From the NCBI RefSeq assembly GCF_006345805.1, contig NC_043002.1, positions 54,932,001 through 54,996,000 on the forward strand: a stretch of 64,000 bases of DNA, written 5' to 3'. This document shows positions 25,113 to 38,790 of the stretch, piece by piece. Origin of the DNA: Octopus sinensis (taxonomy: Eukaryota). Numbering within the stretch: the first letter of the stretch is position 1; every line of letters begins with the position of its first letter. A program made the position numbers and the translations under genes. A model generated the notes under the pieces. That model did not search any database, was not told the origin of the DNA, and worked only from the letters and a program-made list of their open reading frames with translations.

Positions 25113-26627
25113 GTAAGTTGTCGTCTGTTTACCCACAGACAGGTTGACCTAGATCAGTTAGTTCGCTGCCATCTTTTCACAAAGTTTATTTGTATGCATA
25201 AATGTGTTGTATGTGTGTGTATAATTTGTAAGAAAGCTTTTTATAGTTGAAGACCTACATACATTTTCAGTGTGCAATTTCCATTAAAAAAGATTTTTAT
25301 TTTGACGCAAACAATGAGGTTATAAATTTGATAAGGAATATTTAAAGTCGTTCTTTGAAATGAAAGCAATCATCAGATAAATACGTTTGTGCTTCGTTGA
25401 ATCTTTACCGCTCTGCTGTGTTGTGTCCCACATCAGTTTATGGCGATGTAACAGGTGTATGCGTGTGTGTTTGTGCTCTCTCTCTCTCCTCTCTCTCTCT
25501 CTCTCCATATACATATATATATATAAATATGCGTGTGTGTGTGTGTATTAAGAGGGAGGCGAGCTTATTATTTCTTCTGTTTATTCAGCCAAGTATTAAC
25601 AATTCAAAGTCACTTCTACATCATTGTGAGCGAGACAAGATGGATGCCAAGCAAAGTAAGGCTTCAGAGGGTAATTACGGTAAATGTGTGTTCATTAAAT
25701 GGATCGCAGGTTGGGGATTGTGAAAGAAAAACGAAAGCTCTTTATCATCGTTGACATTGCCATCTCCTGCCTAATAAAACTCTGCCATCTCTTGGATGAA
25801 CAAAACTGGGTTCACAATTTTCAGGACAGTCAACTTTTCAGCCTTCCATTATTTAAAAAAAATTTTAACCATTGCCTTCATTCTGTCGATGATTGTATCC
25901 CAGAAGATTTAGTCTCTGTCTTTGGTCAGTTATTCTCTTTATTTCTTTCCATCTTTGGTCACATTCTCCCCATTCTCTCTCTCTCTCTCCATCGTCTCTC
26001 TTTCTCACATGTTCTCTTCAAAAAGTATTTGAGACATAAATCAAATGATTCCTATCGAAAATGAATTCCGTCTTCGCTTTTTAATGAATTGATTGATTCC
26101 CCTACAGAGACTCATCCCCACCCCAATGCAAACTGATGAAGGGGGAGTATACTCCACCCCTTTCACACCCTTTTAACACACAAAAAGGTCTTAACTCGCT
26201 GCTGCGTGCCAAAGAAACTCATGCCATTATGTAAAGTCTTCAATGACTTGTTGTTTCTGTTGTGTGGTACCTATTTTACAGCTAGTTGGACTGGGGTACT
26301 AGAAAGTTAAACGTTGTCTTTGAAGATGGCAGTAGCGCTTGCGATGAGGTACGAACCACATACCTTTCAGTTTATAGTTCTATACGCTATCAACTCGGCC
26401 ACCCATGCTCTTTATTCCTGGCGAATAGACAGGGAAATGTTTATCTCGTGGTTGTTGGTGGTTATTGATGATGTCGGCGAAGAGAAATAGAATGCTGCAG
26501 TGTTTACAACTGGATGACAATGAAAATAATGCTGGAGGGGTTAGCAGGAGTATTACGAGTAGTAGTAGTAGTAGTAGTTGTAGCAGCAGCAGCAGTTGTT
26601 GCTAGTGTGATCGTTATCTTTGTTGTG

Positions 26628-26850
26628 AAGGCCGCGTGGCTTAGAGGTTAGGGTATTCGGCTCGCGATCGTAAAGTGGTGAGTTCGATTCCCGGCGACGC
26701 GTCGTGTCCTTGAGCAAGACACTTTATTTCACGTTGCTCTAGTCCACTCAGCTGGCAAAAATGAGTTGTACCTGTAATTCAAAGGGGGCCAGCCTTGCCA
26801 CATTCTGCGTCACGCAGGAATCTCATTGAGAACTGTTAATGGTACGCGTG
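26628..26850 (+). mobile_element. SINE family D1, 3'-truncated
   Basis: tRNA head and CORE-like domain. Confidence 0.78.
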
Positions 26851-27187
26851 TCTAAAGAAAAAAAAATATGGAGGTATTTGATAATGCAGTCTGGAATAAA
26901 AAAGACAGGATGATCATGGCTGGAATGGTTTTAATCATATTTATTAAGGTACGACTCTTACTAAGCAACCACGTTTGATACCGCGGTACAGACTTTGTTT
27001 TTGTCACGGGGATCAACAGATTTCACCAAGGGGACTTCATAAGGCAAAGATCGACATCGTTGGTGCCAACAATGGCGTTTGTTACATTACATCAAGGTAT
27101 TAGAACAACAAGGAATCTACTATAGAAAGGAAAGTGGTTTGTATCGCCATCTTCACTTATTTGTTGTTGTTATTTAAACTGAAATTC

Positions 27188-27355
27188 TTAACGGCATTTC
27201 GTTTGTCTTTACGTTCCGAGTTCAAATTCCGCCGAGGTCGACTTTGCCTTTCACCCTTTCAGGGTCGATGAAATAAATACCAGTTGAGTACTGGGGTCGA
27301 TGTAATCGACTGTGCTCCTCCTCCGAACTTTATGGCCTATAATAGAAAGGATTAT
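27188..27355 (+). mobile_element. SINE family B, partial
   Basis: Central motif and ATT tail. Confidence 0.75.
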
Positions 27356-28234
27356 TATTTTGTTTTCATTGAAGTATGGTCGGAAAGTCAAGTAGTAGAA
27401 ATAATGATTATATTGAATGGGAAGAAGAAAACGGAGAATGTTTCATAGAAATTTCAGTCTTTCTTAGCAAACCAGCGTGACGAAGGTTTTATAAGTTGCC
27501 TTCTTTGAATTAATCATTATTACCTAAAATAGAACGAACTCACAGCTTAGATAGCTCTCTCTCTCACACACACACACTTTCTCTTTCACACAGAAGCGCG
27601 CGCGCGCACTTAAGCGTTCAGTTTTCTGTCGCTCCATCTCTCCCACTGTCTCGTTACTTCCCTCTCGCACTCTTTCATTTTTCCTCTTCCTGCACCCCCA
27701 CCGCTATAAATCCTATCTACTCTCCTCCCCCCTCTCCCTCTCTTCAACAAGTAATGACGTTCAATGGCCTTTTATACAGGAGATGGCCGCCAAGACAACA
27801 ACGCTCCCATCTTACTTATGACTACTTTCATACAATGCTATATACAGACTTATTAACGTGGCTACAGTATGAAGTCTCATCTCTCTCATTGTCGGCTGGA
27901 AAACAATAACAATAATTACGGCTACAAAACCCCCAACGAAAGCTGAAATGTATCCGCGCGCGCGTATGTGTGTGTGTGTGCGGAGAGGGGGCGGATATGC
28001 CATTGATATAAAGGCATTTATTTGTTGATTGGGTCATTTAGTTTTTCACAAATGAACATTAGTTATTTTTCGGGGCAGTTAAAGCCTTTCGTCATTTTAC
28101 GCGGAAACGCGAGGCTTTAGCCGTGTCCGTTGCATGGAATTGGCCAAAAGAAATCTACGGATGTATTCTGCAACAGTCGAAAACAAACCAGTATTAACAC
28201 GCAAATAATTGATGTGTGTTCTTTTATTCTTTTT

Positions 28235-28431
28235 GTTTTTTCTTTCACTTGTTTCGGTCATTAGATTGCGACCACGCTGGGGCACTACCTAGAAGAATTT
28301 TTTTCTTTTTTGTCGAACGAATGGATTAATCCCCAGTACATTTTTAAAATCTGGTACTTATTCTACCGGCCTTTTGCTGAACCGCTAGTTATGGGATGTA
28401 AACACACCAACACCGGTTGCCAAGCGGTGGT

Positions 28432-28466
<35 letters not shown>

Positions 28467-28630
28467 TATAGATATACGACGGGCTTCTTTCAGTTTCCGT
28501 CTACCAAATCCACTCACAATGCTTTGGTCGACCCGAGGTTATAATAGAAGACAGTTACCCAAGGTGTCACGCAATGGGACTGAACCCAGAATCGTGTAGT
28601 TGGCTAGCAAACTTCTTACCATACAGCCAG
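28235..28630 (-). mobile_element. SINE family C
   Basis: Head, internal (CA)n and tail all present. Confidence 0.82.
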
Positions 28631-29348
28631 TATAAATGTTGGTTGGTTGGTTGGTTTGTAAAGTCGCGTTTTACATTCCATAGAGAGGAGGAGGAGGAGG
28701 TAGTGTAAAAGAGGTTCAGAATGAGTACACATACTAGGCTTGATGGCGAGCAATGAGTAAAGAAAAACTACTTACACAGTGGGATAGAAAGAACCATAGA
28801 GATAAAGAAAACAGAGAGGGAATAAACGACGGAGTAGACATTTATTTTCTTGAAATTTATTTAAAGGCAATAAATATAATTCTTTTGAAAATTAGTTTTC
28901 ATTTCATCACTTAGTACCAGCACCAAGAAATTTGGTAAAAATGAAATTATATTTGTTGTATGTATGTATGTCATGTTTCCTGATATTACCCTTGGTGGCA
29001 AAACTATATTTTAAAATTACTCTTTATAATAATTCGCATACAGAGGTTTCAAATGACCACCTTAAAAAGAAAAAAAATATTATACATAATGGAATAAGCA
29101 GGAGAAGAGGAGACACGTGGGACAGAAAGTCGAAAGAAGAGGTCACAGTATGTGCGACGAAAGAACTTTGATCCCTGCGTATATATGCAGGCATGCTGGG
29201 ATATATGCCCCCCGCCACCACCGTATGTCTGTTTCTCTGTGTCTCTTTCTAAATACACCATTCTCTACATAAGCGACATTGTTATGAAAACAGTCGTTCG
29301 AAGACATTAGTCATTTCTTTGATAGGCTTAAAACATTATTATTATTAT

Positions 29349-29905
29349 TGAGTGAGAGAGCAGTACATGCCATCAAAATGACACTGGGGTAAAATATACG
29401 AAGCCCAGTATACCCATCATAACTACCCGTCTGATAAGGGTATACTAGGCATATGCATCACAACCATATGTACGTGACATGGTGATCTCATATCAAGATA
29501 AACAGCACATGACCTTGCAGGTGGGGCCCAGTTGAAATTTTCTTCTGGTCGAGTAACCCATCCCGTTCAAAAGGTCCCTGAATAAGGGTTGTTTAAGGAT
29601 GTTGAACGAAACCCCCATGTTACCAGAGGTGAATTATTCAAACCCCAAAAAATCTCTCTAAACACATGGCTATGAAGCTCCCCCACTACTTCTGTTCGTG
29701 ATCAGAGGTGCACATATCGTCAGCCACTAAGTGACATGCTCAAATGGTTAAGATCAAACAACTGACAAGTAAATCTGTGGTATTGAGCAGAATATTTGCT
29801 GTAGCCCATCTTTTCTACCAAGACAAAACAATGTACATGATAACACTTCCGATCAGTTAAGATCAGAAGCCATGAGAGCCACTGTCTGGTACTGCATCAG
29901 AGCAC

Positions 29906-29906
<1 letters not shown>
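29349..29906 (-). mobile_element. Family E non-coding retro-element (~560 bp) in an (AAT)n array
   Basis: Bounded by (ATT)n on both sides; homologous copies at 16761, 36805, 38195 and 55262. Confidence 0.8.
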
Positions 29907-29939
<33 letters not shown>

Positions 29940-30045
29940 GATGAAAACTCACAGCTTATATTAATGGGTATGGTGGAAAGTGTCAGCTGTCCACAGCTGC
30001 AGACTAAGGTGACACTTGTTTACTGGTCATGCTTCATGAACCATA

Positions 30046-30445
30046 AGGCGGCGAGCTGGCAGAAACGTTAGCACGCCGGGCGAAATGCTTACCGGTATTT
30101 CGTCTGCCTCTACGTTCTGAGTTCAAATTCCGCCGAGGTTGACTTTGCCTTTCATCCTTTCGTGGTCGATAAAATAAGTACCAGTTACGCACCGGGGTCG
30201 TTATAACCGACTTAATCCGTTTGTCTGTCCTTGTTCGTCCCCTCTGTATTTAGCCCCTTGTTGTGGGTAGTAAAGAAATAGGTATTTCGTCTGCCGCTAC
30301 GCTCTGAGTTCAAATTCCGCCGAGGTCGACTTTGCCTTTCATCCTTTCGGGGTCGATAAATTAAGTACCAGTTACGCACTGGGATCGATGTAATCGACTA
30401 GTCCCCCCTCTCCAAATTTCAAGCATTGTACCTATAGTAGAAAGG
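30046..30445 (+). mobile_element. SINE family B (dimeric, complete)
   Basis: Head, duplicated module, AGAAAGG(ATT)n tail. Confidence 0.88.
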
Positions 30446-31074
30446 ATTATTATTATTATTATTAATTTTTCGTTGTATTATCACGAGCATAAGTCGTTAC
30501 TCGCTCAACTCCCCGTCCCTCACCTCTTTTTCAAACACGCTTAAACAAAAACGACGATGATAATGATGAGGATGATGATAATAATGGAATTCCGTTTTAA
30601 TAACAACCCTTAAAAGCCCTAAGTAGGTGTAGTCATGTGTGGCATGTCATTTCAAGTGTGTCGACACATTGAGCTTCTTTTTAACGTCTTCGTTGTTAGC
30701 TGTACATCTGCTACCACATCACTGCTCCTTCTCTTCCTCCTCCTCCATCTCTTGCCTCGCCCCACTTCCTCGGTTCTCTCTCCTCGCCTGGTTGTTTCAT
30801 TTGCTGGCTGGCTTGCTGGCCGACCGAACTGCTTCATAAATTATTATAATTTCGAACTTTCAAAACAAAATACTATAATTTCTACCGATATTTTTTTTTT
30901 TTTTGTTTTTTATTTTTCGTTCTGTTCGAGAGAGAGAGGGGGGTATGGTGATGTAAAGAGGAAAAAAAAAAGAAATCAAAACGTGAATACAAGTATATCT
31001 TTTTATTAATATTTTGCTGAAGCAAGGGAGTGACTTAAGGGCTGAGAGCTTTGTCCGTTGGCACTTATATACGG

Positions 31075-31410
31075 CATGGATGTGTAGTAAGAAGCTTGTT
31101 TCCCAACCTCCTAGTTCCGGGTTCAGTACCATTGCACCTTGGTCCAGTGTCTTCTATTACAGCCTCAGGTTGACCAAAGCCTTGTGAGTGGATTTGGTTG
31201 ACGGAAACTGAAGGAAGCCCGTCGTGTGTGTGTGTGTGTGCTTGTCTCCACCGCCGCTTGACAGCCATAACTTAACGGTTTGGCAAAAGAACCGGTAGAA
31301 TAAGTGCTAAGCTTAAAAAAAAAAACGCGCTGAGATCGATTCGTTCGATTAAGAAATTCTTCAGTGCGGTGCTCTATCATGGCCGTAGTCTAATGACTGA
31401 AATAAGTACA
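31075..31410 (+). mobile_element. SINE family C
   Basis: Homology to 2200-2578. Confidence 0.8.
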
Positions 31411-32129
31411 AGATAAAAAAAAGGATTAACGGACAAATTATTTGAAGAAGAATAAATATATATAAAATGTTAATTTAATTTATCTGAAAACAAACTGTAG
31501 CCAGCAGTTATTTTCGTTGAAGCACCAGATTTCATAACGTTTCCGGAAATATGCACTGAGGAAAAAAAAAAAGAAAACGTGGCCGTCATTTGCAAGCGGG
31601 TATGACCTGGTGACACGTACCATATTTTCGTTAATTGTTTTAAGTACCTGTGGAGTCGTAAATAGATGTAGACGGCTTTAGAGAAGAGAGCTGCACCAGC
31701 AGGATTTTCTGTTCTTTCAGTTGAGCTGACAGGAGCAATGTGAAATGAGATACCTTGCTCAAGAATACAATTTCTTTACATGGCCGCCCAGTAATCGAAC
31801 CCACGACATTATCATCGTGAGCTCAGCGCTATAGCAACTAGGGCACGCGCCATCCTTCATCATATCTCTCTCACACACACACACGACTCTTGGTAATTTT
31901 GCGTTCGATCAAAGTTCAGTGTTTATCTTTCCAAGAAATCACTAAAACGCCAGTAACATAATACGGATTTAATTTATGCCATCGTTCTCTACAAATACCA
32001 GTAAGATAATATAAGGTTGATTCAGTGGACGACAATTTCTCTTGCAATTAACGCTAGTTTTTGTCCTTAAATCCCAAATCTAGATTATCTGTTTCGGCCA
32101 CGGGAAAAATATTAATGATTTCAAATTTT

Positions 32130-32330
32130 TGGCACAGCATGTTCAGGGGAGGCAGTGAGTCGATTAGATTGACCCCCAGTGTTCAACTGGTACTTAATTT
32201 ATCGGTCCCGAAAGAATGTAAAGCAAAGTCGACTTCCGCGGAATTTGAACTCAGAACGTAACATCAGACGAATGTCGCTAAATATTTTGTCCGGTATGCT
32301 AACGGTTTTGCCAGTTCGTCGTCTTAGGCG
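32130..32330 (-). mobile_element. SINE family B
   Basis: Reverse complement of central motif and head. Confidence 0.72.
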
Positions 32331-32764
32331 AAATATTAATATTAATAGCCTAGCAACAGATGTTAGTATTTTTGTTTGATATGAATTAATCATTAATTAT
32401 AATTATTCTTTTCTGTCAACTGATGGACAAATCGGGAAAGAATTTGTGACATTTATTTTTTATCACAAAGAATGGACGTACAAAACTTGCATTAAATATT
32501 GCTATGAGTTTTCTTCATAGCAATTTGTCGGCCGCCATTTGTCGTCGTCTTTTTACACCATTTCTCGTCGCCCGCCATTTGTCGTCGTCTTTTTTCAATA
32601 ACCTCGTGTTTCCTTCAAATGATAAATGCAGCGTGTTTTGTTTCTAGGCTCTACTACGGTTTGTAGCTTCAAATTTGTAGTCATCGTTACATAAACATCA
32701 TATCTGTATATATACAATCTCTTTATGGAGAGGAAATGAGGGGCCAATCGGTCTTGTGCTGGGA

Positions 32765-33000
32765 TTATGTTAGGGGCTGACTATCCTCTTTCAAGTTGCT
32801 CAGTCCGTGCACCTGGCAAAAATGAGTTGTACCTGCATTTCAAAGAGCCAGCCGTATCATTATGTCATACACAGAATCTGAAGGAGATTCGACGTGACAC
32901 ATTCCGTGTCACGTTGAATCTCTCCGAAAACTACGTTGAAGGTTCGCGTGTCTGGAGTACTCAGCCACTTCTATGTTAATTTTCACGAGTTGGCAGTTCC
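32765..33000 (+). mobile_element. SINE family D1, 5'-truncated
   Basis: CORE-like domain and D tail. Confidence 0.7.
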
Positions 33001-33354
33001 CTTGATTTACTCCTTAAACATCCACTATCATGTAAAGGCTTCAGTAAACTGGATAGAACAATTTGTATATAAATTTTGATTGACAGCTAGTTTTTTTCGC
33101 GAGCTCTAGGACATATCAGGCCGTCTGCCCGGTTTGCATGGCGTCCTCTGAAGGGGATGCCGGTCCGTTGTAGGCAAGCAATTTTGAGGGAAGGAACAAG
33201 TCGATTGCATCGACCCCAAACGTAGCTGGTACCTTATTTTATCAATTCCGAATGGATGAAAAGCAAAGCTAACCTTGGCGGGATTTGAACTCAGAACGTA
33301 AAGAGCCTGAATAAAATATTAGTGATAATTTTTTCTGACCCACTAAAGACCATA

Positions 33355-33648
33355 TTGGAGCACCACCTTGTAGAACGAATCGCCTCGAGTACATTTTTTT
33401 CTTTTAAAGCCTAGTATTTATTCTATAGGCCCTTTTTGCCGAACCACTAGATTAAGGGGATGTAAACACAGCAACATCAGTTGTCAAACGGTGACACACA
33501 CACACATACGACGGGCTTCTTTCAGTTTCTGTCTTCCAAGTCCACTCACAAGGCTTTGGTTGGCCCGAGGCTGTAGCAGAAGACGCTTACTCAAGGTACC
33601 ACGCAGTGGAACTGAATTCAGAACCATGTGGTTGGCAAGCAAACTTAC
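33355..33648 (-). mobile_element. SINE family C
   Basis: Homology to 2200-2578. Confidence 0.75.
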
Positions 33649-34079
33649 ATAAATCTGTAGGTTTTTAATCAGCTCTATTCAGTTGTCTTCTTCGTCTTTT
33701 CAACACCCGCCATCACCGCCTTTTTCATTAACCTCTCCTTTTGGATCGTTATCAAGTTTTTCATCTTAATCCGTCTCTCCGACTCCTTTCCGTCTTCATT
33801 CTCCCCTTTACTTTCTTCTTCGCTCAAACCTCCTCCCTCTCCCTCTCTTTTCTGTTTTTAATGTTTCTCTCTCTCACTCTCTCTCTCTCTCGCTCATGTC
33901 CCTACTTTCTCCCCTTTTTACCTCCTTCCTTTCTTTTCTCCTTTTCCCTTATGTTGTTTGTGTTTGCTTTCAACGTTCCACTTGACTCTTACTCAATTAC
34001 TTAAGCCTTCCACACAAACACACACGTGTGTGTGTTTGTGGTTTATAAAGACGAGAAAAACCACTCAATATAGATTATT

Positions 34080-34290
34080 CTTTTATTCCAGTCATTTGAC
34101 TGCGGTCATACTGGAGCACCACCTTAAGGGATTTTAGTCGAACAAATTGACCCCAGGACTTATTCTTTGTAAGCTTAGTACTTATTCTATCGGTCTCTTT
34201 TGCCGAACCGCTAAGTTACGGGGATATAAACACACCAACATCGGTTGTCAAACGATGTTGGGCGGGGTGGGAGACAAACACACACATATA
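34080..34290 (-). mobile_element. SINE family C, 3' half
   Basis: Tail stem-loop and body. Confidence 0.78.
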
Positions 34291-34561
34291 TAATGGAGAC
34301 AGTACTCCGAATATAGTACAACTGTCTTTTTTTGTGCTCCATTATGAGCTAAGGAGTAATAAAAATTATTTGTAGAAGATAAAAATTTTCAGTTGTCAAT
34401 ACTTTACATCCGAGAAACGAAATCGTACTTAGTGATTTATAAGACTTGGATGATAATATTAAGGGGTTGGACTTACACAAAAGGCCATTGAGGTCCCGAG
34501 GGACCCCCTCTTATTCTTGCGCATTTCTGCACTATCCATAAAGAAATATTTTTTTAATCTT

Positions 34562-34830
34562 AAGGCGGCGAGCTGGCAGAAACGTTAGCACGCTGGCCGA
34601 AATGCTTAGCCGTATTTCGTCTGTCGCTACGTTCTGAGTTCAAATTCCGCCGAGGTCGACTTTGCCTTTCATCCTTTCGGGGTCGATAAATTAACTACCA
34701 GTTACGTACTGTGGTCGATATAATCGACTTAATCCGTTTGTCTGTCCTTGTTTGTCCCCTCTGTGTTTAGCCCCTTGTGGGTAGTAAAGAAATGGGTATT
34801 TCGTCTGCCGCTACGTTCTGAGTTCAAATT
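34562..34830 (+). mobile_element. SINE family B
   Basis: Young copy, near-identical to 10875 and 30046. Confidence 0.88.
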
Positions 34831-35001
34831 TGTTATTTGGACTTAAGATATATTAGATGGGAAGATAAGGTAGAACGGTCGGTAGGTTGTCTGTTCGCTA
34901 CTACATAATCGCGCGCGCGCACACACGCACACACACAGGCATGCTCGCACAATTATTATATATGTGTGTGTGAGTTTATGTTCAGTTATAGTAAAAACAA
35001 T

Positions 35002-35101
35002 AACAAGAATATTATTGACAGTGACTTCGAAATATCGGCCATCGTCTGACGATGGTGTAACTGGCCGAAATTTCGAAGTCACTGTCAGTAATATTCTTGT
35101 T
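35002..35101. repeat. Fold-back centred on a truncated hammerhead core (likely PLE pLTR remnant)
   Basis: Palindrome centred at T35047; CTGACGA(35046-35052)..GGCC-GAAA(35067-35070)-TTTC on the + strand. Confidence 0.65.
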
Positions 35102-35881
35102 TAAGAATGAATATATATATATATATATATAAGTTTTGCCCAATTTCCTGTGTCCACCAGGATGTTGTTATATAAACAAGAGAACAGGATTTGCTGCAGG
35201 TTGTAATACGATCCTTTGTTTGATGTTGTCTTACCGTAATTAGCTTTAGTTTGATGTATTCCGTTGGATTTGATGTGATTTAGTTTTAATTTCTTCCTGT
35301 TTTTTTTTTTCCTTCTCATTTTAGATTTCAATCGGAAAAAAAGTCCTGATGCATCCACACAAGATCAAAGTAAGTACATTATTATTCTATTCCGTGTTTT
35401 GTTTTGCTCCTCCTCTCAGTAAATGCCTTGTCGCCATTTTGGATAAATTTGTTTCGTTTGTTTTTCTCTTAGACGATAAGCTCTTAACAAATCCTCCAAC
35501 TTATTCAATCGCAACTAAACAAACATTAAACTTGGATTGTCTTACGTTTCTCTTTACGCTCGCTCCTTCTTTAATGCCCCACCCTCTATTTCTAAAACAA
35601 AAAATTATGAAAAAATTAATACAATGGTAATTTCGCATGGAAAAAAGAAATTTACTATCGATTTTTAAGTATTTTTTACAAATTTTAAAATGCTGTCAGG
35701 CTTAAAAAAAAGAACAGCCATTAAAATATTGCTATTTCATTGTAGTTATTGACAATATTCTAATATCCTGTTTGCCAACTTACATTGTTGATAAAAGACA
35801 GAAGGTGCCTAAAATGGTTAGGAATTAACCCTTTGACAGAAAATTTTGGTTTAGTTATTCAGAGTTGGTATGACTGTAATA

Positions 35882-36468
35882 CAAGTTTAGCCAAAAGTCA
35901 CCTGACAGTAAATCAACACCATTCCAAGATTAAAGCAAAAAATTATTTTATATGAGACTTCGCTAATAGACAAATGTTGAAATCCCCCGCCCCAAAAAGG
36001 TGATTTTTAACTTACAGCGTTTAATTTGTGGCATTCCGTCAGTTGCGACGACGACGGTTCCAGTTGATCCGATCAACAGGACAGCCTGCTCGTGAAATTA
36101 ACGTACAAGTGGCTGAGCACTCCACAGACACGTGTACTCTTAGCGTAGTACTCGGGGTGATTCAGCATGACACAGAGCGTGGCAAGGCCGGCCCTTTGAA
36201 ATACAGGTAGAACAGAAAGAGGAAGAAAGTGTGAGAGAAAGTTGTGGTGGAAGAGTACAGCAGGGCTCACCACCACCCCCTGCCTGAGCCTTGTGGAGCT
36301 TTAGGTGTTTTCGCTCAAACACTCACAACGCCCGGTCTAACCACTGGGCCATTGCGCCTCCAGAGCATTCAATTATTAAACATTCATAATTAGAATGAAT
36401 AAATAAAATCGAATATTAAGTATTTATGGAATTTTGATTTACTGTCGGGTGACTTTTGGCCAAACCTG
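35882..36468. mobile_element. Tc1/mariner-type MITE with nested SINE D2
   Basis: ~33-bp TIRs CA(A/G)GTTT(A/G)GCCAAAAGTCACC(T/C)GACAGTAAATC, TA on both flanks. Confidence 0.78.
36030..36362 (-). mobile_element. SINE family D2
   Basis: Head GGCGCAATGGCCCAGTGGTTAG, GAGCGAAAACACCTAAAGCTCC body, D tail. Confidence 0.82.
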
Positions 36469-37959
36469 TATATAGCAGAAAGTCTTTTTGGTTAGACATT
36501 CCAGCGTGTTTGACATTTAGCTTATTTATTTTTCTAATTTTGATCTTAGAAATATCTGAGATCAATCATTTCATTGGAAGTCAATAACCGCAAATCAAAA
36601 ATATTTGTTAGCTGCATTTCTTCGTTGATTTTTAAAAAATTACTTAATTACACAAGACTAATTATCCCTGCCAATTTTTTGAAGAAGAAAAAATATTTTA
36701 TTCATAAAATAATTGATTTATTAGTGTTTTTTTTAAAATTTTGTTTAAAAATGCATTAACATAAAGTACATCAATGAAATCTATAGTAGTAATAATAATA
36801 ATTGGTATACTCAGCTTCGTATATTTTACCCCAGTGTCACTTTGATGGCATGCACTGCTCTCTTAATAATAACAATTGTAAGTTAAGTTCATCCAGGTAG
36901 AAGGGTATTGGAAGTGCCTTTTATATTTGCAAACTCTCCCAGACTGGTGAGATTAATGCGGCTGATGTCCAGCTTGAACACTTACAGGTCAATGGTTACG
37001 GGCAAAACGTGGGCTGGGAGTGAACTCGCGTTAAATACACTCATACACTAGATGTGGTTGCTAGCTTCACAGCAACCTGCATTGAATTGATCTAAAGGCA
37101 TTCGATCGACCCATCCATAACCATCATGCCTTTAATGTGCCCTTGTCTTTATATAACAAGACAGTGTACGAATTTGAAGAAGATTTGGCTGCTATTTATA
37201 GCGGCGATCTTATAATGCTTCCCTCGTTACCTTGGTGGTGCTAAACAACCAGTTTTGAATAATAAACCTTATAAATATGGCTTATAGTACATAATAGCCA
37301 TAAAACGAAACACTTAACAATCATTATATCTGTCCTTCAGGAGACTCTAAGCTATACAAAACTTCCACAATTCCAAATTAAACGAGAAAAATAAAGAAAA
37401 CGACCTCTATGTCATTATCCGTTGTGCTACTCTGTCAGCCTCTGAAAAAACTCGACTAATATTGCTATTCGACCATAACTGGTTTTCTTTGCCCACAAAT
37501 TACTCTCTGTAATTATATATCCTTGAGAAAAGCGAATTGCTTTTAAGCTTGGTCTTTCTACGCAGTGTCGTTTCTTCTGTCTACTCACGTTTGTCTTCTA
37601 ATAGAGATATTTTAACTATTGGGCGAGACTGTTATATAAAACAGACTCGTAAATATATATAGATATATATTGATATATATACATATATAGGTCAATAACC
37701 GGTGAGACAGTTACACTCAACTGCGGTGCTATATCGAATAGCTTCAGGATGGAAATATTTATAAACATCTTATCGATATGTTCTGCTGAGCTGCTTTGAT
37801 TGCATTTAAGCAGGTGTAGCTATCTATTTTATTTTTTTAAAGACTGCAGTCTTTTCCTTCAGTCTCTCTCTCTCTCTTCCTCCTTCTCACAGAGCTTAGT
37901 AATTATTTATGCAATAGCTCGCATTTTGTCAACGATTTTGGTGTATAATAATAAGGGTT

Positions 37960-38150
37960 TCAAATTTTGGCACAAGGCCAGCAATTTCAGACATCCACCC
38001 CAGTTATCAACTGGTACTTATTTTATCGCCCCTGAAAGGATGAAAGGCAAAGTTGACCACGGCAGGATTTGAACTCAGAACGTAAAGATGGGCGAAACAC
38101 CGCCAAGCATTTTGTCCAGCGTGCTAACCATTCTGCCCGCTCGCCGCCTT
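37960..38150 (-). mobile_element. SINE family B
   Basis: Reverse complement head adjoining (AAT)n. Confidence 0.72.
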
Positions 38151-38154
38151 CTTT

Positions 38155-38185
<31 letters not shown>

Positions 38186-38194
38186 TAATAATAT

Positions 38195-38347
38195 CATCTT
38201 GATATGAGATCACCATGTTGCGCTCATATAGTTGTGATGCATGTGTCTGGTGTACCCTTATCAGACGGGTAGTCGTGATAGGTATACTGGGCTTCGTATA
38301 TTTTACCCCAGTGTCACGTTGATGGCATGCACGGCTCTCTCACTCAA
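38195..38347 (+). mobile_element. Family E, 3' fragment
   Basis: Ends CTCTCTCACTC(AAT)n; preceded by (AAT)n. Confidence 0.78.
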
Positions 38348-38629
38348 TAATAATAATAGTAATAATAATAATTTCTATTAAAGGCATAAGGCTTGAAATT
38401 TGGGGTAATAATAATAATATTTTCTTTACCAATCATTAAAGGTTCACAAAAAGTAAACAGGGTGGTTCATGGGATTACCTGAGAGAGTGTGGAATGAAGA
38501 AAATAAATTCCAATCAACGAATAGTTTCCCTAAAAAAAAAGAGACTTCCGGGGTCCATTCGTGGGATTAACTGACAAAATAAACAAGGTCACCTTGACCA
38601 CGAAAGCAAGTGCCCTTTTGTACATGTTG

Positions 38630-38790
38630 CCCTCCTTCAATCTTTAGGCTCGTTCACACGGACCATCCTTGGTATATTCACCCACCTTTCAGCAAATTTG
38701 CTGGGAGTCAGTACTTTGTTTCTCCACCCTCACTTTCCTTTTCAAGTGAAACTTGAAAAGATTAATGGTGGTGGCGGGACTTGACCAAAG
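38630..38790 (-). mobile_element. Probable Tx1/L1-like LINE extreme 3' coding fragment
   Basis: Manual translation FKFHLKRKVRVEKQ/VLTPSKFAERWVNIPRMVRVN resembles Tx1-type ORF2 C-termini as I recall them; unverified. Confidence 0.4.

Noticed and set aside
27690-27830. TATA-like, CRE-like and YY1-like motifs
   Set aside because: Short motifs are expected by chance, and no associated exon was found
28075-28125. TGACGA..GGC/GCC..GAAA hammerhead-like motif on the minus strand
   Set aside because: C3 is missing and there is no valid stem III, cleavage triplet or stem I
32521-32595. Direct repeat GCCATTTGTCGTCGTCTTTTT x2
   Set aside because: Only two units and no spacer series, so not CRISPR; probably subterminal repeats of a decayed DNA transposon
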